Positions 17,564 through 27,140 of a stretch of DNA of 64,000 nt are shown here, one piece after another. The position numbers and the translations under genes are program-made. Under the pieces are notes generated by a model. That model did not search any database and was not told the DNA's origin. It saw nothing but the letters and a program-made list of their open reading frames with translations. Origin of the DNA: a bacterium (lineage in GTDB: Bacteria; Joyebacterota; Joyebacteria; Joyebacterales; Joyebacteraceae); the NCBI GenBank assembly GCA_029990205.1, contig JAPEKQ010000002.1, positions 32,845-96,844 of the forward strand. Reading direction: 5' to 3'. Position 1 is the stretch's first letter. Every line of letters begins with the position of its first letter.

Positions 17564-18331
17564 TCAGCGCGATCCCTTCGTCTTGATCCCGCCGAACCTT
17601 CGGTCGCGCCCCTGGTAGTCGGCGATCGCCTCGTACAGGTTGCGCCGCCGGAAGTCCGGCCAGAGAACATCGGTGATGTAGATCTCGGTGTACGCGATCT
17701 GCCAGAGAAGGAAGTTGGAGATCCGTAGCTCGCCGCTCGTGCGGACGAGCAGGTCGGGGTCGGGCAGATCGGGACAGTAGAGCCGCGCGCGGACCGCATC
17801 CTCGTCGATGTCCTTCGGACGCAGACCGCCCTTCGCCGCGTCACGGGCGATCGACCGGAAGGCGTCGAGCAGCTCCGCCCTGCCCCCGTAGCTCAGCGCG
17901 AGCGTCAGACGGAGCCCGTCGTTGCCGTCGAGCTGCCGAATGCACCGGTCGAGACGCGAGCGTGCGTACTTGGGAAGAAGGTCGAGTCGGCCGATGGCGT
18001 TCAGACTGATGTTGTTCTCGGCCATCACGGAGACCTGTTCCTGGAGCGTCTGGTCGAGCAGGTGCATCAGAGCGGACACCTCGGCTCTCGGCCGCGTCCA
18101 GTTCTCCATGGAGAACGTGTAGAGCGTCAGATCAGTGAGCCCCAGCTCGGCGCTCGCGGTGACGATGTCGCGCACGGACTCCCGCGCGGCGGCGTGCCCG
18201 GCCACGCGCGGCAGGTGACGCTTCCGCGCCCAGCGGCCGTTGCCGTCCATGATGATGGCAACGTGCGCCGGGAGTCTTGCCATGTCGACGCCGTACGCCT
18301 CAGGCGTGTCGGTCTTCCTGCTCTTCGCCAT
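17564..18331 (-). CDS. uppS: Undecaprenyl diphosphate synthase
   Basis: HVAIIMDGNGRWA, FSMENWTRP, YGGRAE, RTSGELRISNFLLWQ, RRFGG. Confidence 0.95.
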   Translation of the reverse strand: MAKSRKTDTPEAYGVDMARLPAHVAIIMDGNGRWARKRHLPRVAGHAAARESVRDIVTASAELGLTDLTLYTFSMENWTRPRAEVSALMHLLDQTLQEQVSVMAENNISLNAIGRLDLLPKYARSRLDRCIRQLDGNDGLRLTLALSYGGRAELLDAFRSIARDAAKGGLRPKDIDEDAVRARLYCPDLPDPDLLVRTSGELRISNFLLWQIAYTEIYITDVLWPDFRRRNLYEAIADYQGRDRRFGGIKTKGSR

Positions 18332-18352
18332 GCCCCTGTCCCTGTTGTGGCT

Positions 18353-18378
18353 GGGCGGCCGGCCGAAGCCGGCCGCCC
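18353..18378 (-). other. Very stable cUUCGg hairpin between ferredoxin and uppS
   Basis: GGGCGGCCGGC-TTCG-GCCGGCCGCCC, 11-bp perfect stem with no U-tract. Confidence 0.6.
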
Positions 18379-18409
18379 GGGCCATCAATGCTGCTGTTCC
18401 GACAGAGCG

Positions 18410-18580
18410 CTAGCCCTGCTTGATCGCGTCGAACGGACACTCGTCCGCGCAGAGACCGCAGTCCGTGCATGCGTCGGGGTCGATCTTGTACTTGTCCGGA
18501 CCTTCCGAGATCGCCTCGACCGGACAGACGGGTGCGCACGCGCCACAGGACGTGCATTCGTCGGAGATCACGTATGCCAT
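18410..18580 (-). CDS. 2[4Fe-4S] ferredoxin, 56 aa (absent from the ORF track)
   Basis: MAYVISDECTSCGACAPVCPVEAISEGPDKYKIDPDACTDCGLCADECPFDAIKQG; two CxxCxxCxxxCP motifs; AAAGGAGG RBS. Confidence 0.95.
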   Translation of the reverse strand: MAYVISDECTSCGACAPVCPVEAISEGPDKYKIDPDACTDCGLCADECPFDAIKQG

Positions 18581-18637
18581 AGGTAGCCTCCTTTGTTGGG
18601 TTCCACTGCTTTGCCCCGGTCCAGAACGCCGCAGCGA

Positions 18638-19195
18638 CTAGACCTCCATCAGCTCTTTCTCCTTCGCGGCGAGAGACTTGTCGATCTCGCCGATGTGCTC
18701 GTCGGTCATGTTCTGCACTGTCGTGTCGTGCGCGCGGTGGAAATCGTCCTCCGAGATGTCGCCCGCGGTTTTCATCTTCTTGAGCGACTCGTTGGCGTCG
18801 CGCCGGATGTTCCGCACGGAGACCCGCCCCTCTTCGGCGAGCTTGTGGACGTACCGCACCATCTCCTTGCGACGCTCCTCCGTCAGCGCGGGGATGGGAA
18901 CGCGGATGATGTTGCCGTCGTTCGACGGGTTCAGTCCGAGGTCGGCCTTGAGGATCGCCTTCTCCACGTCACCGAGGATGCTCCTGTCCCACGGCTGCAC
19001 GACCAGCAGTCGCGCTTCGGGGACGCTGATGTTCGCCACCTGCCTGAGCGGCACGGTGCTTCCGTACGCTTCGAGCCTCACACCGTCGAGCAGCGACACG
19101 GTCGCCTTGCCGGTGCGGATCTTCGCCAGCTCACGACGTACCGCCTCGACAGCCTTGTCCATTCTTTCACTGGTCTGAGCGAAAAGCTCATCCAT
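18638..19195 (-). CDS. frr: Ribosome recycling factor
   Basis: IRTGKA, LGLNPSNDG, LTEERRKE, VRNIRRDAN. Confidence 0.97.
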   Translation of the reverse strand: MDELFAQTSERMDKAVEAVRRELAKIRTGKATVSLLDGVRLEAYGSTVPLRQVANISVPEARLLVVQPWDRSILGDVEKAILKADLGLNPSNDGNIIRVPIPALTEERRKEMVRYVHKLAEEGRVSVRNIRRDANESLKKMKTAGDISEDDFHRAHDTTVQNMTDEHIGEIDKSLAAKEKELMEV

Positions 19196-19198
19196 CAG

Positions 19199-19912
19199 CT
19201 AGACCTCCTTGACCAGGGTTCCGATGGTCTCGCCCTCCACCACGCGACGGATGTTGCCGTCCTGGAAGAGGTCGAAGACCACGATAGGCACCCCAATATC
19301 GCGACAGAGCGAGAACGCCGTCATGTCCATGACGCCGAGCCGCTTCTCGATCACCTCGAGAAACGCGATCTCATCGAATCTCTTTGCATCGGGATGGGTG
19401 GCCGGGTCGGCGTCGTAGACGCCGTCGGCCTTCGTACCCTTGAGGAGCGCGTGCGCGCCGACCTCGGCCGCCCTGAGGGCCGCCGCCGTGTCGGTGCTGA
19501 AGAACGGGTTGCCCGTGCCGCCCGCGAACATCACGACCGTTCCGTTCGCGAGAAGGTCACGCGCGCGCCGCGCGTCGAACAGCTCCGCGACCGCGCCCAT
19601 GGGCCGGGCCGTCATCACAACGGCCGGCTGCCCCTGCTCCTCGAGTGCAAGTCTGAGGGCAAGCGCGTTGATGACCGTCCCCAGCATGCCCATGCCGTCC
19701 GCGGTCACGCGGTCGCTCCCACCGCCCGCGGCAACCGCGCCGCGGATGATGTTCCCGCCACCTATCACAACGCCGACCTCGGCGCCAGCCGCTGTCGCGC
19801 CGCGAATCTCGCCGGCAAGCCACGCCGCCGATTCGGCAGAGACCGGGGCCCCGTCCGCACCGCGGAGGGACTCGCCGCTCACCTTGAGAATGACACGCCC
19901 GTACGCAGCCAT
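19199..19912 (-). CDS. pyrH: UMP kinase
   Basis: LKVSGESL, GGGNIIRG, GTGNPFFSTD, DGVYDADP, VMDMTA. Confidence 0.96.
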   Translation of the reverse strand: MAAYGRVILKVSGESLRGADGAPVSAESAAWLAGEIRGATAAGAEVGVVIGGGNIIRGAVAAGGGSDRVTADGMGMLGTVINALALRLALEEQGQPAVVMTARPMGAVAELFDARRARDLLANGTVVMFAGGTGNPFFSTDTAAALRAAEVGAHALLKGTKADGVYDADPATHPDAKRFDEIAFLEVIEKRLGVMDMTAFSLCRDIGVPIVVFDLFQDGNIRRVVEGETIGTLVKEV

Positions 19913-19963
19913 CTGGAGAGTCTCAAACTCCTTGTTCGTGTCCGACGCCCCGCATGAGAAGAC

Positions 19964-20566
19964 CTACTTGGACTCCTCGCCGAGCTTCATCCGAACGAAC
20001 CGGCCGATCCGCATGTTCTCACCGAGCTGGCCGATGGTCTGCTTGACGAAGTCCTCGACCGTCAGGTCCCCGTCCTTCACGAACGGCTGCTCGAGAAGAC
20101 AGGCCTGAGAGTAGAACTTGTCGATGCGTCCGTCCACAATCTTGTCGATAACCTTCTCGGGCTTGCCGGACTCGAGCGCCTCGGCTCGGAACATCTCCCG
20201 CTCCTTGTCGAGGATGTCAGCGGGGAGATCCTCACGCGACACGACGCGCGGATTCTGCGCGGCGATGTGCATGGCGACGTCCTTCGCGAACGCCTGGAAC
20301 TCGTCGGTGCGCGCGACGAAGTCCGTCTCGCACATGATCTCGACGAGCACGGCGAGCTTCGAGCCCGCGTGCACGTACGACGCGACGATGCCCTCGCCCG
20401 TCTTCCGCTCGGCCTTCTTCGCGGCCTTGAGCATGCCCTTCTTGCGCAGGTAGTCGGCGGCCTCTTCGAGGTTGCCGTTCGTGGCTCCGAGCGCCTCCTT
20501 GCAGTCCATGATGCCGGCGCCGGTCTGTGTTCTCAGTTCCTTGACCTGAACAGCGTTGATCTCCAT
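19964..20566 (-). CDS. tsf: Elongation factor Ts (short ~200-aa type)
   Basis: VKELRTQTGAGIMDCK, CETDFVA, LLEQPFVKD. Confidence 0.97.
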   Translation of the reverse strand: MEINAVQVKELRTQTGAGIMDCKEALGATNGNLEEAADYLRKKGMLKAAKKAERKTGEGIVASYVHAGSKLAVLVEIMCETDFVARTDEFQAFAKDVAMHIAAQNPRVVSREDLPADILDKEREMFRAEALESGKPEKVIDKIVDGRIDKFYSQACLLEQPFVKDGDLTVEDFVKQTIGQLGENMRIGRFVRMKLGEESK

Positions 20567-20658
20567 CTCGTTTCTCCGGGTATCTCGTGTGTTGGGTGTC
20601 GCACACGCGCGGACCGGGCGACCTGACGGCCACTCCCTGTCCGCACGGCGTGAATCGT

Positions 20659-21462
20659 CTAGTTCGTCGGGGTCTCTCCGGACGCGGCCTCAGCGGCGAC
20701 GGTCTCACCGGCGTCCGCGGGAGGCGTGGCCTCCGCGGTCACGGCGGCTTCCGGCGTCACGGTGTCGCGGCCTTCGTTCTTCGCCGCGCTCGCTTCGAGC
20801 ACGCAGTCGGCGACGAAGGCGGAGAACAGCCGGATCGACCTGATGGCGTCATCGTTGCCCGGGATCGGGTAGTCGATCGGGTCCGGATCGGCGTTCGTGT
20901 CGAGCACGCCGACGATCGGGATGCCAAGCTTGCCCGCTTCGTTCACGGCGATGTCCTCACGCCGCGAATCGACGATGAAGAGAAGGCCGGGCATCTTGGT
21001 CATGTCGCGAATACCGTCGAGCACGTTGGCAAGCTTCGCGCGCTTCTTCTCGTGCGTGAGCACCTCGCGCTTGTTGAGCAGGTCGAACGTCCCGTCCTGC
21101 GCCATGCGCTCGATGTCGAGGAGTCGTGCGATGCTCTTCTTCACGGTCGCGAGGTTCGTGAGCGTGCCACCGAGCCAGCGCTCGGTCATGTAGAGCTGAC
21201 CGCAGCGGATCGCCTCTTCGCGGACGATCGCCTTGCCCTGCTTCTTCGTGCACACGAACAGGACCTTGTCGCCCTTCCGGACGCAGTCCTGGATGACCGT
21301 CTTGGCCTTCTGCATGCAGTCGAGGGTCTTCGCGAGGTCGATGATGTGGATCCCGTTGCGGCGCATGAAGATGAACGGCCGCATCTTGGGATTCCAGCGG
21401 TGGGTCTGATGACCGAAGTGAGCTCCGGACTCCAGGAGCTCTCTCATTTCTGGAACTGCCAT
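20659..21462 (-). CDS. rpsB: 30S ribosomal protein S2
   Basis: LLESGAHFGH, WNPKM, RWLGGTLTN, DTNADP, PGNDDAIRS. Confidence 0.97.
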   Translation of the reverse strand: MAVPEMRELLESGAHFGHQTHRWNPKMRPFIFMRRNGIHIIDLAKTLDCMQKAKTVIQDCVRKGDKVLFVCTKKQGKAIVREEAIRCGQLYMTERWLGGTLTNLATVKKSIARLLDIERMAQDGTFDLLNKREVLTHEKKRAKLANVLDGIRDMTKMPGLLFIVDSRREDIAVNEAGKLGIPIVGVLDTNADPDPIDYPIPGNDDAIRSIRLFSAFVADCVLEASAAKNEGRDTVTPEAAVTAEATPPADAGETVAAEAASGETPTN

Positions 21463-21572
21463 GATGTACTTCCCCTCTGTGTCGGTTTCGCCTCCGCGGT
21501 CATCAACCCGCCGTGGGCCGCGGAGCGGATGCTCCTGCGGACCCCCCACGTCGGTCCGACCGCGTGTGAGAT
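21463..21572 (-). promoter_or_regulatory. rpsB (S2) leader RNA, t44-like
   Basis: CACACGCGGTC...GACCGCGGAGGCGAAACC closing helix and flanks resemble S2 autoregulatory leaders; lies immediately upstream of rpsB. Confidence 0.6.
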
Positions 21573-21633
21573 TACCCCGCCTGCCCCAGCCGGCATCATG
21601 ACGATGCCGGGCGGACCGAGGCGTGGGCTGCTG

Positions 21634-22023
21634 CTACCTCTTCGAGAACTGGAACTTCTTCCGAGCGCCGGGCTGACCGGGCTTCTTCCGTTCCTTCATC
21701 CGCGAGTCTCTGGTCAGCAGTCCATCCTGCTTCAGAGGCTTGCGGTAGCTCTCGTCCACCTTGACGAGCGCGCGAGCGATCCCCAACCTCACGGCTCCAG
21801 CCTGCCCCGTCACCCCACCACCGTTGACGCTCGCCACGATGTCGTAGCGGTCGCCGGTCGAGGTCACTTCAAGCGGCCGGACGATATCGGTGATGAGTGT
21901 CTTCCGGGGGAAGAACTCATCGATCGACTTCCCGTTGATCGTCTTCTGACCGGTGCCCGGGACGAGCCGGACGCGCGCGATCGCCTCCTTCCGCCTGCCT
22001 ACTGCCTGGAAGGTATTGGCCAT
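21634..22023 (-). CDS. rpsI: 30S ribosomal protein S9
   Basis: GRRKEAIARV, GGGVTGQAGA, ERKKPGQPGARKKFQFSKR. Confidence 0.97.
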   Translation of the reverse strand: MANTFQAVGRRKEAIARVRLVPGTGQKTINGKSIDEFFPRKTLITDIVRPLEVTSTGDRYDIVASVNGGGVTGQAGAVRLGIARALVKVDESYRKPLKQDGLLTRDSRMKERKKPGQPGARKKFQFSKR

Positions 22024-22086
22024 CGATGTGCTCCTTTCGAACATCCCGCCGCCCGAAGGCGGCTCTTGTCGTCGGACAAGCCGACG

Positions 22087-22521
22087 CTAACCCTTGAGTT
22101 CGTATGTCTCCGGCTGCTGTGCCGTGTGCGGATGCTCCGGGCCCGCGTAGACGCGAAGCTTCTTGAGCATCTTCCTGCCGAGCTTGTTCTTCGGAAGCAT
22201 CCCGCGAACCGCACGGCGCACGACCTCGTCCGGACGCTCATCCATGAGCCGGCGCATCGTCTTGAACTTCGCGCCGCCCGGATGACCACTGTGCCGGAAG
22301 TACGTCTTCTGGTCGAGCTTGCTGCCTGTCACCTCGATCTTCGCGGCGTTGACCACGATGACGAAGTCGCCCGTATCGAGATGCGGCGAGTAGTTGACCT
22401 TCCCCTTGCCACGGAGAAGACCAGCAACCTCGGTCGAGAGTCTACCGAGGATCTTGCCCTCGGCATCCACGACGTAGTGCTTCCGCTCGATCTCAGAGGC
22501 CTTGGTGATGTGTGTAGACAT
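22087..22521 (-). CDS. rplM: 50S ribosomal protein L13
   Basis: VDAEGKILGRL, PHLDTGDFVIVVNA, HSGHPGG, GMLPKNKLGR. Confidence 0.97.
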   Translation of the reverse strand: MSTHITKASEIERKHYVVDAEGKILGRLSTEVAGLLRGKGKVNYSPHLDTGDFVIVVNAAKIEVTGSKLDQKTYFRHSGHPGGAKFKTMRRLMDERPDEVVRRAVRGMLPKNKLGRKMLKKLRVYAGPEHPHTAQQPETYELKG

Positions 22522-22772
22522 CCAGTGTTCCTCCACAACCGGTGAGCCGACTTTCGCACCCACGTCCCCGGGCGCACCTCAGGTGCACACCGTTGCACGC
22601 GCCTGCGACATGCAGACACACCGCTCCGTCTGTCCGGCGGTCGTTTCGACCGGCGGAACGTGTGATCCGGCTCCCTCCGCGTTGTCGGGTGCACATCGGA
22701 AGCCTCAGAAGCCCCATCCCTCCGGCGATGTCGGATTCCGGAAACGGAAGGGACCTGTAGCACGAACCTGAA

Positions 22773-22801
22773 ATACTAACAGCGAGAGCCCTGTCTGTCA
22801 A
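22773..22801 (-). promoter_or_regulatory. Sigma70-type promoter of rplM-rpsI
   Basis: TTGACA-17 nt-TAGTAT. Confidence 0.7.
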
Positions 22802-22804
22802 GGC

Positions 22805-23851
22805 TCATGAACTACGGTCTTTCCGGAAGAGCGTCTCCCCGAATGGAGGCTCAAACACCCCCACATCGGTGATAATGGCCGCCACGAGCTCCGCCGGCGT
22901 CACATCGAAGGCCGGATTGAAGGCGGCCACGCCCTCGGGGGCCGTCCGGCACCCCCCGAACCCGGTCACCTCGTCGGCTGAGCGTTCCTCAATCGGGATC
23001 TCTTCCCCGGTCGCGAGGCTCGCGTCGAGCGTCGAGTACGGGGCCGCCACGTAGAACGGGACGCCGTGTCGCTTCGCGGCGAGGGCCAGCGGGTACGTCC
23101 CGATCTTGTTCGCGACATCGCCGTTCCCTGCGATCCGGTCGGCGCCGACGATGACCTTGTCGACCAATCCCCGCGCCATCGCCGACGCGGCGGCGCTGTC
23201 GCAGAGCAGCGTGACGTCGATCCCGTGCTCCATCAGCTCCCACGCCGTCAGCCGGGCGCCCTGGAGAAGCGGACGGGTCTCATCGGCGAACACGCGGATC
23301 TTCTTCCCCTCCTCCACCGCCGTGTAGATGACGGCCAGCGCCGTCCCGTACTCCGCCGTGGCGAGACCGCCCGCGTTGCAGTGCGTGAGCACACCGTCGC
23401 CGTCGGCGAGAAGGGCCGCTCCGTGCCTGCCGATCGCACGACAGAGCAGACGGTCCTCCTCCAGAATGGCGATCGCCTCTGCCACGAGCGCGTCGCGGAC
23501 GGCGTCCGCGGTCGCGTTGGCGGGGTCGTCGAGGATCCGGAGCGAACGGTCGATGGCCCACGTGAGATTGACGGCGGTCGGTCGCGTCGCCGCGAGGTGG
23601 GCCGCGGCCTCACGGACGCACGAACGCAGTTCGTCGGTCGAGGTCGCGTCGCACTCGAGCGCGGCGAGGGCGACACCCATCGCGCCGGCGACGCCGATGG
23701 CCGGAGCGCCGCGCACCTCGAGCCGCTTGATGCTCTCACCGAGCCGACGGAAGTCGTCGGTCTCGACGTGCACGAGTTCACCCGGTAGTCGGGTCTGGTC
23801 GACGAGACGGACCCGTCCGTCTCGCCACTCGATCGTTCTGATGTGGTCCAT
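22805..23851 (-). CDS. mtnA: Methylthioribose-1-phosphate isomerase
   Basis: VRGAPAIG, RPTAVNL, THCNAGGLAT, ETRPLLQGARLT, GADRI, NKIGTY, NPAFDVTP. Confidence 0.95.
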   Translation of the reverse strand: MDHIRTIEWRDGRVRLVDQTRLPGELVHVETDDFRRLGESIKRLEVRGAPAIGVAGAMGVALAALECDATSTDELRSCVREAAAHLAATRPTAVNLTWAIDRSLRILDDPANATADAVRDALVAEAIAILEEDRLLCRAIGRHGAALLADGDGVLTHCNAGGLATAEYGTALAVIYTAVEEGKKIRVFADETRPLLQGARLTAWELMEHGIDVTLLCDSAAASAMARGLVDKVIVGADRIAGNGDVANKIGTYPLALAAKRHGVPFYVAAPYSTLDASLATGEEIPIEERSADEVTGFGGCRTAPEGVAAFNPAFDVTPAELVAAIITDVGVFEPPFGETLFRKDRSS

Positions 23852-23866
23852 CGTTCCTCCGGGCTG

Positions 23867-24481
23867 TCAGGATGTGTGATTGAGGCAGTCGAGCTGCTTG
23901 AGGACGTCGCAGAGGCGGACGACGGGAAGGCCGACAACGTTGTAGAAGCACCCCCGGACCTGTTCGACGAGCGCCGCGCCGCAGTCCTGGATGGCGTACG
24001 CTCCGGCCTTGTCGAGCGGTTCCCCGCCGGCGACGTAGGCGGCGATCTCACCTTCTTCGAGGAACCGGATGAAGACGTCCGTCCCCTCTACGCCTCCCGC
24101 GCTCGCGCCGTCGGAACAGCGCATCGCCGCGACGCCCGTGTAGACCTCATGCCAGCGACCGCGAAGCATCGTGAGCATCTCGATCGCGTGCTCGGGATCC
24201 CGCGGCTTGCCGAGCAGCTCGCCGTCGAGCACGACAATGGTGTCGGCGGCTATGATGGTGCCTTCGTCATAGCGACCCGCGACCGTCGCGGCCTTGAGCC
24301 ACGCGAGCCTCCGAACGTGTTCGACCGGAGTCTCGTCATCGAGCGCCGTCTCATCCGCATCAGGCACATCGATGACGAACTCGAGCCCGAGCCCGGCGAG
24401 GATGCGCTTCCTCCGCGGAGACCCCGACCCGAGGATCAGGGGACTCTCGGTCACGAGACTGTCCATCAGCGCGCAGTTCAT
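23867..24481 (-). CDS. maf: Maf family nucleoside triphosphate pyrophosphatase
   Basis: [30 protein letters not shown]. Confidence 0.93.
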   Translation of the reverse strand: MNCALMDSLVTESPLILGSGSPRRKRILAGLGLEFVIDVPDADETALDDETPVEHVRRLAWLKAATVAGRYDEGTIIAADTIVVLDGELLGKPRDPEHAIEMLTMLRGRWHEVYTGVAAMRCSDGASAGGVEGTDVFIRFLEEGEIAAYVAGGEPLDKAGAYAIQDCGAALVEQVRGCFYNVVGLPVVRLCDVLKQLDCLNHTS

Positions 24482-24954
24482 GAGGCGTCGCCTCCGCGCC
24501 GCGGTCTCTGACGCTCCGCGCTGTCGAGGATGATGGTCACCGGGCCGTCGTTCACGAGGCTCACCGACATCTTCGCCCCGAACCGACCCGTCTCGACGGT
24601 GAGCCCCTCGGCGCGAAGAAGCTCCGCGAACCGGTCACACATCGCCTCCGCCGCCTCCGGGTCCTCGGCGCCGGTGAAGCTCGGGCGCCGGCCCTTCCGA
24701 CAGTCGGCGAGCAGCGTGAACTGTGACACGAGCAGAACCGAACCGTTCGACTCGACGACGGAGTCGTTCATCCGTCCCTCCGCGTCCTCGAGTATGCGGA
24801 GCCCCGCGCACTTCGACGCGAGCCACCGCGCGTCCTCGTCGGTGTCGCCCTGCGCGACGCCGAGCAGCACGAGCAGCCCGCTGTGAATCGCGCCGACGTT
24901 CTCGCCGTCAACGGTGACACGGGCCTCGGTGACTCTCTGGATGACCGCTCTCAC
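24478..24954 (-). CDS. dtd: D-aminoacyl-tRNA deacylase
   Basis: MRAVIQRV, VSQFTL, GRRPSF, NDGPVT. Confidence 0.96.
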   Translation of the reverse strand: MRAVIQRVTEARVTVDGENVGAIHSGLLVLLGVAQGDTDEDARWLASKCAGLRILEDAEGRMNDSVVESNGSVLLVSQFTLLADCRKGRRPSFTGAEDPEAAEAMCDRFAELLRAEGLTVETGRFGAKMSVSLVNDGPVTIILDSAERQRPRRGGDAS

Positions 24955-24966
24955 GTACCGCTCCCT

Positions 24967-27099
24967 CTATCGCTCGCGGATCGTCCGTCTCCGCTCGACG
25001 CACTTGACGCCCTTGAGCGAAGAGATGGTCTTCATCAGTTTCTTGAGCCGGTGCAGGTTCCCGACGTAGACCCGGAACCTCGCGACGGCCTGTCCGTCCT
25101 CGGACGTCATGCTCGCCGCCGACACCTCGATCCCCTGGTCGGCAATGGCGCGGGAAACATCGGCGAGGAAGCCGTGCGACAGGTCACCCTTGACGATGAA
25201 CCCGGCCGGGAATGTGCGCCCCTCCCCGACATCCCACGACACGTCGATCTTGTGCTGCTCATCGATCGACGGCCCGAAGGTGTTCGGACAGTCGACGCGA
25301 TGGATCGAGATGCCGCGGCCTCGTGTGATGATGCCGACGATACGGTCCCCCGGAACCGGCAGACAGCACTTCGCGAAGTGCGTCATCAGGTCACCCACCC
25401 CGTCGATCCTGATCCCGGTGTCACCGCTTCGCCGCACGCGTCGCGTCAGCCGCTCCACGAGTTCGCGGGCCTTCCCCGACTCGGGCCGCAGCTTCCTCAC
25501 CAGCTCGCCGACGGAGACATCACCCCGGCCGACCGCGGCCGTGAGCTCCTGCGCTCCCTCGAATCCGAAGCTCTGCGCGATGTCGTCGAGCGCTATCTCC
25601 CTGCCCTTGACGCCGAGCTTCTTCACCTCGCGATCGATGATCTTGCGGCCGAGCATGAGACTCTCGTTGTCGACCTGCTCCCTGAGGTAATGACGGATCT
25701 TGCTGCGCGCCCGCGAGGTCGCGACGACGCCGAGCCAGTCGCGACTCGGACGCGCCGAATCGGACGTGACGATCTCGACCCGGTCGCCGCTGGCGAGCTC
25801 GTGCTTGAGCGAGACGAGCCGCCCGTTCACGCGCGCGCCGGCGCAGCTGTCTCCGACCGCGGTGTGGATGGCGTACGCGAAGTCGATCGGGGTCGAGCCG
25901 CGGGCGAGCTGCTTGAGATCGCCGTTGGGCGTGAACACGAAGATCTCGTCCTGGTAGAGATCGATCTTCAGCGCCTCGAGGAATTCGTGAGCCTCCGTGA
26001 GGTCGATGTTTCCCTCGAGAAGCTGCCGCACCCAGGCCAGACTGCGCTTGAGATCCTCGTCGCCGGGCCGGCCTTCCTTGTACTGCCAGTGCGCGGCGAT
26101 GCCGAACTCGGCCTGCTCGTGCATCTCACGGGTCCTGATCTGGATCTCGAACAGCCGGCCGTGCGGACCGAAGACGGTGGTGTGGAGCGCGCGATACCCG
26201 TTGAGCTTCGGCGTCGCGATGTAGTCCTTGATGCGGTCGTGGACCGGTCTGTACAGCGTGTGAACGATCCCGAAGACGCGGTAGCACTCCTCGACGGAGT
26301 CGGTGATGATACGGACCGCGACGAGGTCGTAGATCTCATCGAACCGCTTCTTCCGAACCCGCATCTTCCGATGGATGCTCATCAGATGCTTGATGCGCCC
26401 GCCGATCTGCGCCTGAATGCCCTCGCTCTCGAGCTTCGCGCTCAGCGGGACGACGAGTTCGTCGATCGAGGCGGCCCGCTCGGCGCGCGTCTCCCGCACG
26501 AGCGTCACCAGCTCGCGGTAGTCCTCGGGTTCGAGCCACTTGAACGCGAGGTCCTCGAGTTCACGCTGGATCCTCGCCATACCGAACCGGCCGGCGAGCG
26601 GCGCGTAGATGTCGCGGGTCTCGTGCGAGATGCGTTCGATCTGGTCGGGTCTGAGGTGCTCAATGGTCCGCATGTTGTGCAGGCGGTCGCCGAGCTTGAT
26701 GAGAAGGACGCGCACGTCGCGGACGACCGAAAGGAGCATCTTCCGGAAATTCTCCGCCTGCTCTCGCTCGCGGCTCTCGAATCGCAGTCCGGCGATCTTG
26801 GTGACGCCGTCGACGAGCCCGGCGATCTCCTCGCCGAACTCCTCACGAAGCTGCTCGAGCGTGGTGTCGGTCTCTTCGAGGACGTCGTGGAGCAGCGCTC
26901 CCGCGACGGTCGCGGTATCGAGGCAGAGTTCGGCGAGGATCGCGGCCGCCTCCTCGGCGTGCTCGACGTACGGCCCGCCGGACTTCCGCTTCTGCCCCTC
27001 GTGCGCCTGCACCGCGAACGCGTGCGCCTTCTCAACGAGATCGACGTCGAGTCTCGGGTCGCGTTCGATCAATCTTCTTGAGTAGGCGCTCTGAGTCAT
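24967..27099 (-). CDS. Long RSH (p)ppGpp synthetase/hydrolase (Rel)
   Basis: HD domain, RIKH, DLVAVR, KDYIATPKLNGY, EIQIRT, AAHWQYK, TGS, CC-P-PGD, C-terminal ACT-like domain. Confidence 0.95.
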   Translation of the reverse strand: MTQSAYSRRLIERDPRLDVDLVEKAHAFAVQAHEGQKRKSGGPYVEHAEEAAAILAELCLDTATVAGALLHDVLEETDTTLEQLREEFGEEIAGLVDGVTKIAGLRFESREREQAENFRKMLLSVVRDVRVLLIKLGDRLHNMRTIEHLRPDQIERISHETRDIYAPLAGRFGMARIQRELEDLAFKWLEPEDYRELVTLVRETRAERAASIDELVVPLSAKLESEGIQAQIGGRIKHLMSIHRKMRVRKKRFDEIYDLVAVRIITDSVEECYRVFGIVHTLYRPVHDRIKDYIATPKLNGYRALHTTVFGPHGRLFEIQIRTREMHEQAEFGIAAHWQYKEGRPGDEDLKRSLAWVRQLLEGNIDLTEAHEFLEALKIDLYQDEIFVFTPNGDLKQLARGSTPIDFAYAIHTAVGDSCAGARVNGRLVSLKHELASGDRVEIVTSDSARPSRDWLGVVATSRARSKIRHYLREQVDNESLMLGRKIIDREVKKLGVKGREIALDDIAQSFGFEGAQELTAAVGRGDVSVGELVRKLRPESGKARELVERLTRRVRRSGDTGIRIDGVGDLMTHFAKCCLPVPGDRIVGIITRGRGISIHRVDCPNTFGPSIDEQHKIDVSWDVGEGRTFPAGFIVKGDLSHGFLADVSRAIADQGIEVSAASMTSEDGQAVARFRVYVGNLHRLKKLMKTISSLKGVKCVERRRTIRER

Positions 27100-27140
27100 T
27101 GGATCACGCGTGGATAGGTGGGGATGCGAAACCTGAGGCG

